Source of the DNA: an uncultured SAR86 cluster bacterium
GTDB taxonomy: Bacteria; Pseudomonadota; Gammaproteobacteria; Magnimaribacterales; AG-339-G14
Length of the DNA: 64,000 nt
Assembly: GCA_902627595.1 (NCBI GenBank)
Contig: CACOJO010000003.1
Coordinates: 12,306 to 76,305, forward strand
Reading direction: 5' to 3'
Under the pieces are notes generated by a model. That model saw only the letters and a list, made by a program, of their open reading frames with translations. It was not told where the DNA came from and searched no databases. A program made the position numbers and the translations under genes. Positions 34,622-45,984 of this stretch are shown here, piece by piece. Positions within the stretch are counted from its first letter, which is position 1. Every line of letters begins with the position of its first letter.

Positions 34622-34977
34622 TGGCAAGGGTAGCAGGAGTAAACATACCTGATAAAAAACAGGCTTGGATATCTTTAACGCATATTTTTGGAATAGGCAG
34701 AACAACTGCCCTTAAGATTTGTGAATCCACAGGAATTAAGTTTGATACAAAAATTTCTGCATTAAGCGAACAAGAATTAGAAAAACTTAGAAAAGAAGTT
34801 GGAAATTTCCTTGTAGAAGGTGATTTAAGAAGAGAAATTAGCACTAATATAAAAAGACTCATGGATCTTGGCACTCTAAGGGGAATAAGGCATAGAAAAA
34901 GATTACCTGTAAGAGGTCAAAGAACAAAGACAAATGCTAGGACAAGAAAAGGACCTAGAAAACCAATTAGAAGATAA
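34621..34977 (+). CDS. rpsM: 30S ribosomal protein S13
   Basis: [27 protein letters not shown]. Confidence 0.99.
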   Translation: MARVAGVNIPDKKQAWISLTHIFGIGRTTALKICESTGIKFDTKISALSEQELEKLRKEVGNFLVEGDLRREISTNIKRLMDLGTLRGIRHRKRLPVRGQRTKTNARTRKGPRKPIRR

Positions 34978-34979
34978 AA

Positions 34980-35369
34980 ATGGCAAAAGAGAAAGGAAAA
35001 AAGACAAAAACTAATAAGTCTGTTGCAAGTGAAGGCATCGCTCATATACTTGCAACTTTTAATAATACGATTATTAATATAACCAATAAAAAAGGAGATA
35101 CTATTTCTTGGTCAAGCGCAGGCTCAAATGGATTCAAAGGATCAAGAAAAAGCACTCCTTTTGCTGCTCAAATTGCCGCAACAAAGGCTGGGGAGCAAGC
35201 TATAAGCCAAGGATTATCGGAAGTAGAAGTTGAAGTTTCTGGTCCTGGATCAGGCAGAGAATCAGCTGTAAGAGCTTTGAATGGATGTGGTTTAAAAATA
35301 ACAAAGATTTCAGATGTCACGCCCATCCCTCACAATGGGTGTAGACCTCCTAAAAAGAGGAGAGTGTAA
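34980..35369 (+). CDS. rpsK: 30S ribosomal protein S11
   Basis: [25 protein letters not shown]. Confidence 0.99.
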   Translation: MAKEKGKKTKTNKSVASEGIAHILATFNNTIINITNKKGDTISWSSAGSNGFKGSRKSTPFAAQIAATKAGEQAISQGLSEVEVEVSGPGSGRESAVRALNGCGLKITKISDVTPIPHNGCRPPKKRRV

Positions 35370-35371
35370 TT

Positions 35372-35992
35372 ATGGCTAGATATAGAGGACCAAAAATTAA
35401 GCTATCCAGAAGAGAAGGAACTGATCTCCAGTTAAAAAGCGGATATAGATCATACGAGTCTAAAGCAAGGTCTGAAAATCCTCCGGGTGTTCATGGACTT
35501 AAAAGAGGAAGATTATCTGATTATGGAATGCAATTAAGAGAAAAGCAGAAAGTCAAAAGAATGTATGGCGTATTAGAAAAGCAATTTAGAAATTACTATA
35601 AGAGAGCAGCACGCCAAAAAGGTGAAACAGGCACCAATCTATTAATTTTTTTAGAGACAAGGCTTGATAATGTTGTTTATAGACTTGGATTTGCATCAAC
35701 AAGAGCTGAGGGCAGACAGCTTGTCAGTCACAAATCTGTTTTAGTAAATGGAAAAAATGTAAATATTCCTTCTTATCAAGTAACTGAAGGAGATGAAATT
35801 TCTATAGCAGAAAAATCTCAGACGCAAAAAAGAATTACACAGGCTTTATCTTTAAGCGAACAAAGAGAAGAGTGTGAGTGGGTATCAGTAGATAAATCTA
35901 AATTTACTGGTACTTTTAAAAATTTACCAACGAGAGAGTTGCTAAGTAGCGAAATTAATGAAAACTACATAGTAGAGCTTTATTCAAGGTAA
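35372..35992 (+). CDS. rpsD: 30S ribosomal protein S4
   Basis: [24 protein letters not shown]. Confidence 0.99.
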   Translation: MARYRGPKIKLSRREGTDLQLKSGYRSYESKARSENPPGVHGLKRGRLSDYGMQLREKQKVKRMYGVLEKQFRNYYKRAARQKGETGTNLLIFLETRLDNVVYRLGFASTRAEGRQLVSHKSVLVNGKNVNIPSYQVTEGDEISIAEKSQTQKRITQALSLSEQREECEWVSVDKSKFTGTFKNLPTRELLSSEINENYIVELYSR

Positions 35993-36014
35993 TAAATTTA
36001 AATTAGAGGATCAT

Positions 36015-37007
36015 ATGACAGACAATTTTGACATTATCAAGGACTTTCTAACCCCAAAAGAAATCATTGTGGAAGAAGTAAACCCTAATCATTCAAAAAT
36101 TATTTTAGAGCCTTTAGAAAGAGGATTCGGACATACTTTAGGCAACGCTTTAAGAAGAATTATTTTATCTTCAATACCTGGTTCTTGTGTTGTAGAAGCA
36201 AAAATTGATGGTGTATTACATGAATTTTCAACAATCGATGGAGTTGCTGAAGATGTTATAAATATTCTTTTAAATTTAAAAGGTATTGCTGTAAGAATGA
36301 TGGATGTTGAAGAAGCAGAATTATCTGTTGAGAAATCAGGAACAGGAAAATTGATTGCTGACGACTTTGAACTTCCTGCAGGAGTAGAATTAATAAATCC
36401 AGATCATCATATTGCCACTCTTGCAGATAATGGCAGTATTAAAATGTCTCTCAAAGTACAAAAAGGTAGAGGTTATGATCCAGTTATAATTTCATCTACT
36501 GAAGAAGGAGAAAGTAAAGAAGTTGGATTATTAAGATTAGACGCTTCTTATTCACCAATCGAAAAAGTGGCATATCAAGTTGAAAATACAAGGGTGGAAA
36601 ATAGAACAGATTTGGATAAACTTATTTTAGATGTTCATACCAATGGAACGATTGATCCAGAAGAAATTTTAAGACTAGCTGCGACTATTTTACAAAGACA
36701 ACTCGTTGCATTTGCAGAATTAGGATTTGAAACCGAAGAAGAAGAGGAAGAGGAGATACCCCCAGTTGATCCAATCATGCTCAGACCTGTTGATGAATTA
36801 GAACTTACAGTCAGGTCAGCAAATTGTTTGAAAGTAGAAAAAATCTATTACATTGGCGATCTTGTTACAAGAAAAGAGACAGACTTATTAAAAACCCCTA
36901 ATCTCGGAAGAAAATCCTTAAATGAGATTAAGGATGTATTGGCAGCTAGGGGACTATCTCTTGGATTAGAATTAGATAACTGGCCGCCTTCAAATATTGA
37001 AAGTTAA
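36015..37007 (+). CDS. rpoA: RNA polymerase alpha subunit
   Basis: [37 protein letters not shown]. Confidence 0.99.
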   Translation: MTDNFDIIKDFLTPKEIIVEEVNPNHSKIILEPLERGFGHTLGNALRRIILSSIPGSCVVEAKIDGVLHEFSTIDGVAEDVINILLNLKGIAVRMMDVEEAELSVEKSGTGKLIADDFELPAGVELINPDHHIATLADNGSIKMSLKVQKGRGYDPVIISSTEEGESKEVGLLRLDASYSPIEKVAYQVENTRVENRTDLDKLILDVHTNGTIDPEEILRLAATILQRQLVAFAELGFETEEEEEEEIPPVDPIMLRPVDELELTVRSANCLKVEKIYYIGDLVTRKETDLLKTPNLGRKSLNEIKDVLAARGLSLGLELDNWPPSNIES

Positions 37008-37414
37008 TGAGTAATTTAAAAAAAGGCAGAACCTTAGGTAGAAATAGCTCCAGAAGAAAGGCGCTATTTCAATCTTTAGCAATATCACTTATTGAATATG
37101 AAGGTATCAAAACTACGTTACCTAAAGCCAAGGATTTAAGATCTTTCATAGAACCTCTAATTACCCTTGCAAAAGAGGATACTCTAAGCAATAGAAGGGT
37201 TGCATTTTCAAAGTTAAGAAATAAATCCGCAGTTGGAAAACTCTTTTCTGATTTAGGTCCAAGATTTAAAGAAAGACCAGGTGGGTATTCGAGGATTATA
37301 AAGATTGGTTATAGAAAAGGTGATGCTGCTCCATTAGCCTTTATTGAGCTTGTTGATAGATCTATAGAAAACGAAAACGATATAAAAACAGATGCAGAGG
37401 CTGAAAAAGCCTAG
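37007..37414 (+). CDS. rplQ: 50S ribosomal protein L17
   Basis: [23 protein letters not shown]. Confidence 0.98.
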   Translation: MSNLKKGRTLGRNSSRRKALFQSLAISLIEYEGIKTTLPKAKDLRSFIEPLITLAKEDTLSNRRVAFSKLRNKSAVGKLFSDLGPRFKERPGGYSRIIKIGYRKGDAAPLAFIELVDRSIENENDIKTDAEAEKA

Positions 37415-37435
37415 TTTAAAATCTTTTTAACCAAT

Positions 37436-40237
37436 TTATAAAAACTTTCCAGTATAGGACTTTTTGCATTTAGCTAGTTGGCTAGTATTTCCAGCAGCAA
37501 CTATCTCTCCTCCTTCATTTCCACCCTCAGGACCAATATCAATGATCCAGTCAGAATTTCTTATTACATCTAAATTATGTTCAATTACCACAATTGTATT
37601 TCCTTGAGAATTTAATTTGTGCAAAACATCCATTAGAAGTTGAACGTCATGAAAATGCAAACCAGTTGTAGGTTCATCTAACAAGTAAATAGTTTTTCCT
37701 GTAGAAGTTTTAGAAAGCTCTTTAGCTAGTTTAACTCTTTGAGCTTCTCCTCCAGATAAAGTAGTAGCGGGCTGTCCTAATCTCAAATAGCCAAGCCCCA
37801 CTTGATTTAAAGTATCAAGTTTTTTCTTAATTTTTGGAACGGCTTCAAAAAATATAGTTGCTTGTTCAACAGTCATATCTAAAACTTCAGAAATATTTTT
37901 GCCCTTATATTTGATTGTTAAGGTCTCGTTGTTATACCGTCTTCCATTGCAAACATCACATTTAACATAAACATCAGGCAGAAAATGCATTTCTACTTTT
38001 ATCATTCCATCTCCTTCACAAGCCTCACATCTTCCTCCTCTGACGTTAAAACTAAACCTTCCTGGTTTATATCCCTTCGCTCTTGCCTCTTGAGTTCCAG
38101 CAAATAGTTCTCTTATCGGAGTAAAGATACCTGTATAAGTGACTGGATTAGATCGAGGAGTCCTACCAATAGGACTTTGACTTATTTCAATAACTTTATC
38201 GACAAGTTCCGTTCCTTCTATTTTTTCAAAAGCCTCAGTTTTCATGGAACTTTTACTTAGAATATTTGAAAGAGCTGGATAAAGTGTTTGATTTATTAGA
38301 GTAGATTTTCCGGAACCAGACACTCCTGTGATGGAAATTATATTTCCAAGAGGAATTTCCAAATCTACATTCTTTAGGTTATTTCCTGAACATCCTGATA
38401 ACTTAATTTTTCCTATATCTGCAATTTGTTCTTTTTTTTCTATTTGAATTCTTTTTTTTCCAAAAACATATTGAGAAGTGAGTGAATTTTTGGCCTTTTT
38501 AAGAGATTCTATATTTCCAGAAAAACAAACTTCTCCACCATGAATACCTGCTTTTGGACCTATATCAATAATGTGGTCTGCTTCTTCTATTGTTTCTTGG
38601 TCATGTTCTACAACTATTACAGTATTTCCCAACTCTTTTAGTCTTTTAAGAGTAGATAAAAGTTTTTTATTATCTCTTTGATGTAAACCTATAGATGGCT
38701 CATCAAGTATGTAAGTTACGCCCACTAGACCTGCGCCAATTTGTGATGCAAGCCTTATTCTTTGTGCTTCCCCTCCACTTAAGGTTTCAGCACTTCTTGA
38801 AAGAGTGAGGTAGTTAAGGCCAACATCAGAAAGGAAAGTCAAACGTTCTTTTATTTCCTTAATTATTTTAACTGCTATTTCTCCTTTGACACCAGATAGT
38901 GACAGTCCTTTAAAAAAACCAAGAGCATCTCCAATTGTCATGCCAACAATTTCTGGGAGAGAATATTTATTTATAAAAACACTTCTTGCTTCTAAATTTA
39001 ATCTAGTACCGTTGCACTCGTCACACAAAGTGTTAGTCATAAATTTTGCATAATATTCTCTTCTAAAATTAGAGTCAGTATCTCCAAGCCTTCTTTCAAT
39101 ATTTCTTACAACTCCTTCAAAAGGCTTAAATATTTCTCTTTTGTAACCTCTCTTAGAAACATAACTAAAATCAACTTCATCATCGCTTCCATAGAGAATA
39201 ATCTCTTTTTCATTTTTTAATAAATCTTCGAAGGGAGTGTCAAGAGAAAACCCAAAAGTTTGGCTGACTCTATTCAAAAGGTATCTATTATGATACGTGT
39301 GACTGGCATCCCAGTCTTTGATAGCTCCTTGATTGAGACTTAGTTCTGGTCTAACAATCAACTTCGAAAGATCAATTGTTGATTTATATCCTAAGCCATC
39401 ACAAGATGGACAAGCCCCTGATGGACTATTGAAAGAAAATAACCTTGGTTCCAGTTCTTGAATACTAAAACCACATTTAGGACATGCCATTTTTGTTGAA
39501 AATGCATCAAAGCTTTTTTCATCATCCATATTTTGAATTTCTATCAAACCATTGGACTCAGTGACACAAGTTTCAAGAGACTGAATAAGCCTACTATTAT
39601 TTTTTGAATCTACAGTAAGTCTGTCAACAACTATTGATATTGAATGTTTTTTGTTTTTATCAAGCTTAATTTGATCACTCAAATCATAGACAACTCCGTT
39701 TATAGTTACTCTTACATATCCTTTCATTAATAAATCATTGAATAAGTTTAAGTGCTCGCCTTTTTGTTCTTTTATTAAAGGAGCCAAAATGAACACCCTT
39801 TTTTTATTAAAATTTCTCAGTATTTTTTTGCCTATCTGATCAATAGTTTGACCCTCAAGGGAAATATTATGTTCTAGGCATTTTGCTGTTCCTGATCTTG
39901 CATAAAGCAATCTCAGATAATCATAGATTTCAGTTACAGTCCCAACTGTTGATCTGGGATTATGGGAGGTTGATTTTTGTTCAATCGATATAGCAGGCGA
40001 TAAACCCTCAATCGTATCAACTTCTGGCTTATCCATAACAGAAAGAAATTGTCTTGCATATGCAGATAGAGACTCTACATATCTTCTTTGACCTTCAGCA
40101 TATAAAGTATCAAAAGCAAGTGATGATTTTCCAGATCCTGACAAACCAGTTATTACTGTCAATTTATCTCTAGGTATATTTAAATCAATATTCTTAAGAT
40201 TATGCTGCTTAGCACCTTTTACTTGAATAAATTTCAT
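37436..40237 (-). CDS. uvrA: Excinuclease ABC subunit A
   Basis: Two Walker A motifs ([16 protein letters not shown]), LSGGEAQR signatures, Zn-finger Cys pairs. Confidence 0.98.
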   Translation of the reverse strand: MKFIQVKGAKQHNLKNIDLNIPRDKLTVITGLSGSGKSSLAFDTLYAEGQRRYVESLSAYARQFLSVMDKPEVDTIEGLSPAISIEQKSTSHNPRSTVGTVTEIYDYLRLLYARSGTAKCLEHNISLEGQTIDQIGKKILRNFNKKRVFILAPLIKEQKGEHLNLFNDLLMKGYVRVTINGVVYDLSDQIKLDKNKKHSISIVVDRLTVDSKNNSRLIQSLETCVTESNGLIEIQNMDDEKSFDAFSTKMACPKCGFSIQELEPRLFSFNSPSGACPSCDGLGYKSTIDLSKLIVRPELSLNQGAIKDWDASHTYHNRYLLNRVSQTFGFSLDTPFEDLLKNEKEIILYGSDDEVDFSYVSKRGYKREIFKPFEGVVRNIERRLGDTDSNFRREYYAKFMTNTLCDECNGTRLNLEARSVFINKYSLPEIVGMTIGDALGFFKGLSLSGVKGEIAVKIIKEIKERLTFLSDVGLNYLTLSRSAETLSGGEAQRIRLASQIGAGLVGVTYILDEPSIGLHQRDNKKLLSTLKRLKELGNTVIVVEHDQETIEEADHIIDIGPKAGIHGGEVCFSGNIESLKKAKNSLTSQYVFGKKRIQIEKKEQIADIGKIKLSGCSGNNLKNVDLEIPLGNIISITGVSGSGKSTLINQTLYPALSNILSKSSMKTEAFEKIEGTELVDKVIEISQSPIGRTPRSNPVTYTGIFTPIRELFAGTQEARAKGYKPGRFSFNVRGGRCEACEGDGMIKVEMHFLPDVYVKCDVCNGRRYNNETLTIKYKGKNISEVLDMTVEQATIFFEAVPKIKKKLDTLNQVGLGYLRLGQPATTLSGGEAQRVKLAKELSKTSTGKTIYLLDEPTTGLHFHDVQLLMDVLHKLNSQGNTIVVIEHNLDVIRNSDWIIDIGPEGGNEGGEIVAAGNTSQLAKCKKSYTGKFL

Positions 40238-40284
40238 TTATTTAATTTTTCTTTTAGATTAGACTAACTTATCAGATAACAATT

Positions 40285-40728
40285 ATGGCTCAAAGCGGAA
40301 TAAATAAGGTTATATTACTTGGAAATTTAGGACAGGATCCTGAAGTTAGATATACAGCCGGTGGGGTCCCAATAGCAAATATTTCTATTGCTACATCAAA
40401 CAGTTGGAAGGACAAAAATTCTGGCGAAATGGTTGAGCAGACAGAGTGGCATAAGATTGTTTTTTTTAATCGTTTAGCAGAAATTGTTGAACAATATCTT
40501 AAAAAAGGCTCAAAAATTTATGTTGAAGGACAATTGAGAACTAGTAGCTGGGAAGATAAAAATACTGGTGAGAAGAAATATAGGACTGAGATTGTTGCTA
40601 GAGAAATGCAGATGCTCACTCCAAAAGGTGAGCTGAGTCAACAAAGCCAAGACTCAGAATTTGATCATTCTCCCCAAAATTCTCAAGAAGAAAACGTACC
40701 TTGGGACGACGAAGATATTCCTTTTTAA
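40285..40728 (+). CDS. ssb: Single-stranded DNA-binding protein (short linker)
   Basis: [19 protein letters not shown]-terminal DDEDIPF. Confidence 0.98.
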   Translation: MAQSGINKVILLGNLGQDPEVRYTAGGVPIANISIATSNSWKDKNSGEMVEQTEWHKIVFFNRLAEIVEQYLKKGSKIYVEGQLRTSSWEDKNTGEKKYRTEIVAREMQMLTPKGELSQQSQDSEFDHSPQNSQEENVPWDDEDIPF

Positions 40729-41948
40729 TATTCATATTTTGAAAGAATCAAACTTACGTTAGTTCCTCCAAATCCAAAACTGTTACTCATAAAAGAACTA
40801 AATTCTTTTTCTAGAGATTTATCAGGGATATTTATACCGTCAGCTTCAGGAATAGGATTAGCTAAGTTTTTATTACCGGCGATGAAATTTTGATTCATCA
40901 TAAGAATGCTGTAAATACATTCTTGTACACCTGCAGCTCCTAAAGTGTGGCCAGTTAAAGATTTTGTTGAACTTACTATGGGAATATCATCTTTAAATAC
41001 AGTTTTTATTGCATTAAGTTCAATCGGATCTCCAGCTGGAGTAGATGTTCCATGAGCATTAAGATAGTCAATAGAGTTAAGGCCACTCATTTCTAAAGAC
41101 TTTCTCATACAATTCTTTGCTCCCTCTCCAGAGGGTGCAACCATATCATCCCCATCAGAAGTAGCTGAATAACCTTTTATTTCTGCGTATATTTTCGCCT
41201 TTCTTGATAAGGCATGTTCCAATTCTTCAACAATTACAATGCCGCCGCCTCCTGAAATTACAAAACCATCCCTATTTTCATCAAAAGGTCTTGATGCTTC
41301 TGTAGGATTTTCGTTGAAATTACTTGATAACGCGCCCATTGCGTCAAATAATCCGGACTGAGTCCAATGTTCGTCCTCTGCTCCTCCAGCAATAATAACA
41401 TCTTGATTGCCAAGTTGAATTTGCTCCCAAGCAGAACCTATACAATGAGCACTTGTAGAGCAGGCGGATGAAATAGAAAAATTTACTCCCTTGATTTTCA
41501 TAGAAGTAGCTAGACAAGCAGAAACAGTACTGCCCATAGTTTGAGTAACTCTGTATGGACCAACTCTTTTAACTCCTTTTTCTCTTAAAATATCTGCCGC
41601 ATCAACTTGACTTCTGGATGATGCACCTCCCGAACCCGCTATGACGCCTATTCTATCGGTTTCAAAAATACTATTAGGCAAGCCTGAGTCTTTAATTGCA
41701 TCCAAAGCACTTAAATATGAATAAGCAGCAGCTTCCCCCATAAACCTGAAGATCTTTCTATCTATAAGGTCTTTCAAGTTAATTTCTACTGAGCCAGAAA
41801 TTTTACTTCTAAAACCCAAACTATCGTATTCTTCATTTTTAGATATTCCTGAATCACCATCTTTTAAAGATTTTGATATCTCTTCCAAAGAAGTTCCGAT
41901 ACAAGAAATAGAACCCATACCTGTAACTACTGCTCTTTTCTTAGTCAT
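40725..41948 (-). CDS. fabB: Beta-ketoacyl-ACP synthase I
   Basis: [28 protein letters not shown]; start probably [10 protein letters not shown] (41948); follows fabA. Confidence 0.93.
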   Translation of the reverse strand: MTKKRAVVTGMGSISCIGTSLEEISKSLKDGDSGISKNEEYDSLGFRSKISGSVEINLKDLIDRKIFRFMGEAAAYSYLSALDAIKDSGLPNSIFETDRIGVIAGSGGASSRSQVDAADILREKGVKRVGPYRVTQTMGSTVSACLATSMKIKGVNFSISSACSTSAHCIGSAWEQIQLGNQDVIIAGGAEDEHWTQSGLFDAMGALSSNFNENPTEASRPFDENRDGFVISGGGGIVIVEELEHALSRKAKIYAEIKGYSATSDGDDMVAPSGEGAKNCMRKSLEMSGLNSIDYLNAHGTSTPAGDPIELNAIKTVFKDDIPIVSSTKSLTGHTLGAAGVQECIYSILMMNQNFIAGNKNLANPIPEADGINIPDKSLEKEFSSFMSNSFGFGGTNVSLILSKYEY

Positions 41949-41949
41949 T

Positions 41950-42471
41950 TTAAAAATTTTGTGGATCTTCAAATAATCCTACTCTTAAATCTTTTGCAGA
42001 ATAAATTTCTTTTCCGTCAACAAACATAAGCCCATCGGCAAATCCAATTACAAGTTTTTGTTTCCTTATCTTTTTTATACTGATCTTATACTCAACTAAT
42101 TTAGCTTTTGGTAAAACTTGACCATAAAATTTTACTTGTCCAGAACCAAGAGCTCTGCCAATACCACTATTTCCTTCCCAAAGAAGATAAAAACCAAGTA
42201 ATTGCCACATTGCATCTAGTCCTAAGCAACCCGGCATGACTGGATCAGTAGAAAAGTGGCAGTCAAAAAACCATAGGTTGGGATTTATGTCTAATTCTCC
42301 TTGAATCTCGCCATTTGAATAATCACCTCTTGACTCATTAATCTCAACAATTCTATCCATCATTAACATTTCATTATTTGGCAATCTTCCATTTCCAGGA
42401 CCAAATAAGTTGCCATTTGAACAAGCAATCAATTCATCTTTAGAAAAATTATTTTTGTTTTTTAAATCCAC
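41950..42471 (-). CDS. fabA: 3-hydroxydecanoyl-ACP dehydratase/isomerase (GTG start)
   Basis: [24 protein letters not shown] motif. Confidence 0.97.
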   Translation of the reverse strand: MDLKNKNNFSKDELIACSNGNLFGPGNGRLPNNEMLMMDRIVEINESRGDYSNGEIQGELDINPNLWFFDCHFSTDPVMPGCLGLDAMWQLLGFYLLWEGNSGIGRALGSGQVKFYGQVLPKAKLVEYKISIKKIRKQKLVIGFADGLMFVDGKEIYSAKDLRVGLFEDPQNF

Positions 42472-42503
42472 GGTTTATTAAATTATCTCACTTTTCTTAA
42501 AGA

Positions 42504-42532
42504 TTGCGACAAGAGGCTTTATCCTATACTAT
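42504..42532 (+). promoter_or_regulatory. Putative sigma70 promoter of rplU-rpmA-obgE-proB
   Basis: TTGCGA-17 nt-TACTAT then TCGCA. Confidence 0.6.
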
Positions 42533-42558
42533 TCGCATCTATTTTGTAATTTGTAAAG

Positions 42559-42876
42559 ATGTATGCAGTAATAAAAAGCGGAGGAAAGCAACATAAAGTT
42601 TCTGAAGGAGAAGAAATTCTACTTGAAAAGATATCTTTAGATGAGGGCGAAGTTATAGAATTTTCTGAAGTTTTAGCTATAAATAAAGATGGCGCTTTAA
42701 ATGTTGGCAGGCCACTTTTAGAGGGAGCAACAGTAAAAGGAAAGGTTATAAATCATTTCAAGACAAAAAAAATTAACATCATTAAGATGAAAAGAAGAAA
42801 GGACTATAGAAAAAAGCAGGGACATAGACAAAATTTAACAAAGGTAAAAATTGAATCTATAAATTATGGCGCATAA
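42559..42876 (+). CDS. rplU: 50S ribosomal protein L21
   Basis: [15 protein letters not shown]...GHRQ. Confidence 0.99.
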   Translation: MYAVIKSGGKQHKVSEGEEILLEKISLDEGEVIEFSEVLAINKDGALNVGRPLLEGATVKGKVINHFKTKKINIIKMKRRKDYRKKQGHRQNLTKVKIESINYGA

Positions 42877-43126
42877 GAAAGCAGGCGGAAGCTCTAGAAA
42901 CGGAAGAGACTCAGAGTCTAAAAGACTCGGAGTAAAAAGGTATGGTGGTCAGGCAGTTTCTGCTGGAGAAATCCTTGTAAGACAAAGAGGAACTAAATTT
43001 CATCCTGGTCAAAATGTAGGTATCGGAAAAGATCATACTCTTTTTGCAAAATGTGCTGGAAAAGTTTTCTTTAATAGAAAAGGAAAAAATCTCAAGCAAT
43101 TTGTCAATATAGAATCCTCATCATAA
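42866..43126 (+). CDS. rpmA: 50S ribosomal protein L27
   Basis: [22 protein letters not shown]. Confidence 0.99.
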   Translation: MAHKKAGGSSRNGRDSESKRLGVKRYGGQAVSAGEILVRQRGTKFHPGQNVGIGKDHTLFAKCAGKVFFNRKGKNLKQFVNIESSS

Positions 43127-43130
43127 TGTC

Positions 43131-44141
43131 ATGCGCTTCATCGATGAAGCAGTAATAGAAATTTCATCTGGAGATGGCGGAAACGGCTGTCTAAGCTTTC
43201 GTCGAGAGAAATTTATACCTAAGGGAGGACCAGACGGAGGAGACGGTGGCAAAGGCGGTGACATAAATTTTATTGCAAAAGACTCTTTACACACTTTGCA
43301 AGATTTTAAACTCAAGAGAAAGTATAAAGGCCAAAATGGTCGACAAGGCAAGGGTAAAAATATGCATGGAAAAGATGGTATCGATACGCTCCTTGAGGTA
43401 CCAATGGGAACTATGCTGATAAATGATGAAACAGATGAGCTTCTTTGCGATCTTATAAATTCTAATCAAACATATACTGCAGTTCGAGGAGGAAAAGGCG
43501 GGCTTGGAAATGCCAGATTTAAGTCGTCAACCAATAGAGCTCCAAGAAAAACTACAGAAGGAAAAAATGGAGAAACTTTAAAAGTCAGATTAGAGCTAAA
43601 AGTCTTAGCAGATGTTGGACTTCTTGGGAAACCTAACGCAGGAAAATCCACTTTAATTTCAAAAATATCTTCTGCTAAACCTAAGATTGCTGACTATCCT
43701 TTTACAACTTTAAGTCCTAATCTTGGAGTAGTTAAAATAAATAGTTATTCGAGCTTTGTTGTGGCTGATATTCCAGGCTTAATCCCAGGAGCTTCAGAAG
43801 GCATTGGATTGGGAATTGATTTTTTAAAACATCTTTCTAGGGTAGAAATACTTTTACATCTCATAGATATAGAGGAAGGTAACTTAAAAAAAATAAAACA
43901 AGATTACGATGATATAAATGCGGAATTAAAAGGCTTTGGAAATGAACTTAGTCAAAAAGAACAATGGGTTGTAATTAGCAAGATAGACAAACTTTCTGAA
44001 AGCGAAATAAAAAGTTTAAAAAAAGAAGCAAAGAAACTTTTTAGCAGAAAAAATGTCTTTTATGTATCATCAATCACGGGAGCAGGTTTAAAAAAAATAA
44101 TCGAAAACATAGGAAAGAAATTATCTAGTGAAAAAAATTAA
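43131..44141 (+). CDS. obgE: GTPase Obg/CgtA
   Basis: GGPDGGDGG, GKPNAGKS, YPFTT, DIPG. Confidence 0.98.
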   Translation: MRFIDEAVIEISSGDGGNGCLSFRREKFIPKGGPDGGDGGKGGDINFIAKDSLHTLQDFKLKRKYKGQNGRQGKGKNMHGKDGIDTLLEVPMGTMLINDETDELLCDLINSNQTYTAVRGGKGGLGNARFKSSTNRAPRKTTEGKNGETLKVRLELKVLADVGLLGKPNAGKSTLISKISSAKPKIADYPFTTLSPNLGVVKINSYSSFVVADIPGLIPGASEGIGLGIDFLKHLSRVEILLHLIDIEEGNLKKIKQDYDDINAELKGFGNELSQKEQWVVISKIDKLSESEIKSLKKEAKKLFSRKNVFYVSSITGAGLKKIIENIGKKLSSEKN

Positions 44142-44913
44142 TCTTGAAAAATTAATAATAATTAAAGCTGGTTCAAGTTTAACAACTTTGTCTTCAGGAT
44201 TACCCAATTTGAAGTTTATAAAATCAATATCTGAGCAGATACACTCGCTTCATCAAAAAGGCTTCTATATTGTTTTAGTGTCTTCAGGTGCTATTGCGCA
44301 AGGAATGAAGATATGGAATTTATCTTCCAAACCTAAATCAGTAGATTTTCTCCAAGCTTTGTCAGCTTCTGGTCAAATAGGCTTGATAAATAGTTATCAA
44401 AAAGAATTAAAAAGATTTAATTTAATTGCAGCTCAAGTTTTACTAAGCCATTCTGATTTTGGTGTCAAAAATCGTTCAGAAAATGCTAAAAATAGCATTT
44501 CTAATTTAATCAAACTTGGAGCTATTCCAATTATCAATGAAAATGACTCAATATCTACAGAAGAAATTTTAAACGGAGATAATGATAGGCTAAGTGGAAA
44601 AGTTGCAACTTTATTAAAATCAAAAAAACTTTTTATTTTGACTGATCAAAACGGTGTATTTGATAAAAATCCAGATCAGAATATTGAAGCAAGATTGATT
44701 AGCAGGATTAATCTTAATAAATTTGATCCAAAATCAGTATCTTTTGGTGCCTCTGGAATTTTAGGAAGAGGGGGCATGACAACAAAAATCAAAGCCGCAA
44801 AAGAATATCTAAAAAAGAATAATGAAGTTTGGATTTTGAATGGCAAAAAAGAAGGTATTGTGGAAGATGTACTCGCGAATAAACCTTATGGAACAAAAAT
44901 ATTTTTAGCCTAA
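44128..44913 (+). CDS. proB: Glutamate 5-kinase without PUA domain
   Basis: VSSGAIA, PIINEND, GDNDRLS, GGMTTKI; follows obgE. Confidence 0.9.
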   Translation: MKKINLEKLIIIKAGSSLTTLSSGLPNLKFIKSISEQIHSLHQKGFYIVLVSSGAIAQGMKIWNLSSKPKSVDFLQALSASGQIGLINSYQKELKRFNLIAAQVLLSHSDFGVKNRSENAKNSISNLIKLGAIPIINENDSISTEEILNGDNDRLSGKVATLLKSKKLFILTDQNGVFDKNPDQNIEARLISRINLNKFDPKSVSFGASGILGRGGMTTKIKAAKEYLKKNNEVWILNGKKEGIVEDVLANKPYGTKIFLA

Positions 44914-45168
44914 GTTTTTGATAGACTTGCTTAATCTGGATTTCTGGCGAGCGACCGCGTTTTTAGGTAGAACTTTCTTGTTTGCTAATTTATCTAAAAC
45001 CTTTTGAGTTGATATAAAGAGATCTTTAGCTTTAGACGAGTCATTTTCTTTGATAGCGTCTTCAACATTTTTTATCATTGTTCTCATAGATGCTCTTTGA
45101 GAACTCTTTAAAGCGTTTCGAGAATTTGCTTGTCTAGACCTTTTCTTAGCTGATTGAATATTTGCCAT
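44905..45168 (-). CDS. rpsT: 30S ribosomal protein S20
   Basis: MANIQSAKKR, KNAVARQKSRL. Confidence 0.98.
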   Translation of the reverse strand: MANIQSAKKRSRQANSRNALKSSQRASMRTMIKNVEDAIKENDSSKAKDLFISTQKVLDKLANKKVLPKNAVARQKSRLSKSIKNLG

Positions 45169-45176
45169 AGGAGGCG

Positions 45177-45205
45177 ATAATGAAGATTATTTAGTTTAAT
45201 GTCAA
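45177..45205 (-). promoter_or_regulatory. Putative sigma70 promoter of rpsT (near-leaderless)
   Basis: Minus strand TTGACA(45205-45200)-17 nt-CATTAT(45182-45177)-CGCCTCCT-ATG. Confidence 0.7.
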
Positions 45206-45984
45206 CTTTCTAACTTGATTTTTACTAACAAAAAAATCTTATAAACTAACCTGGTGAGTTCGTTTGCCAATCGAAAAGGAACCATAAGCCAATATCTCTT
45301 ATAGAAAGCAAATTTATATTCACTTTTTGCTTGTATGTAGGAATTTCCTAAATGTAAATCTTCTTTAAGATAAACTGGAGCAGGTGTAATGCTTAGAGAT
45401 CTTAGATTTAAAAGCCAATCTCTATCCATAGCATGATCAATAGGAAGACTCATTATATCCAATCTTTGTAAAATATTTTTAGCTCCTAATCTATTAATTA
45501 AATAACACCCAGTTCCAGACTTAAATCCCAAATTAAGAGCTAAATAAAAATTTTTATGAATTTTTTTTAATTTTATTGGTAAACCCTTCTCTTTAGTTTT
45601 ATCACTACCACCGCTTAGTCTTAACAAATCAAAATTTATTCCGGAATTAAGAGCGCTATCGATTATTTTCTTAATATTTTCATCAAACTCAATATCATCT
45701 TCACAAACAAGGGCATAATCTTCATTTGAATTTAAAAATTTTTTTAGTACATTGAGATGGCTGAAATAACAACCTAATTCTCCAAGATTGGTTTTTTTAC
45801 CATGCAACAAATTATATTTAAGTTCTGAATAATTTTGATGGGGTAAAGATATTCTCTTGCCGTCTACGGCTACTTCCAATTCAAATTTTATACCGACTTT
45901 CTTGAAGGTTTCTGTTGCAGAAACCAACCTATCATGTGCTCTTTCAAGATTAATTAAATACGCAATCACTTCTGAAGTATACAT
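45202..45984 (-). CDS. Glycosyltransferase family 25 (LPS/LOS biosynthesis type)
   Basis: YLINLERAHDR, AVDG, GELGCYFSH, ALVCEDD, GTGCYLI, PID motifs. ATG at 45984 is the first start that does not lie deep inside tmRNA. Confidence 0.88.
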   Translation of the reverse strand: MYTSEVIAYLINLERAHDRLVSATETFKKVGIKFELEVAVDGKRISLPHQNYSELKYNLLHGKKTNLGELGCYFSHLNVLKKFLNSNEDYALVCEDDIEFDENIKKIIDSALNSGINFDLLRLSGGSDKTKEKGLPIKLKKIHKNFYLALNLGFKSGTGCYLINRLGAKNILQRLDIMSLPIDHAMDRDWLLNLRSLSITPAPVYLKEDLHLGNSYIQAKSEYKFAFYKRYWLMVPFRLANELTRLVYKIFLLVKIKLES

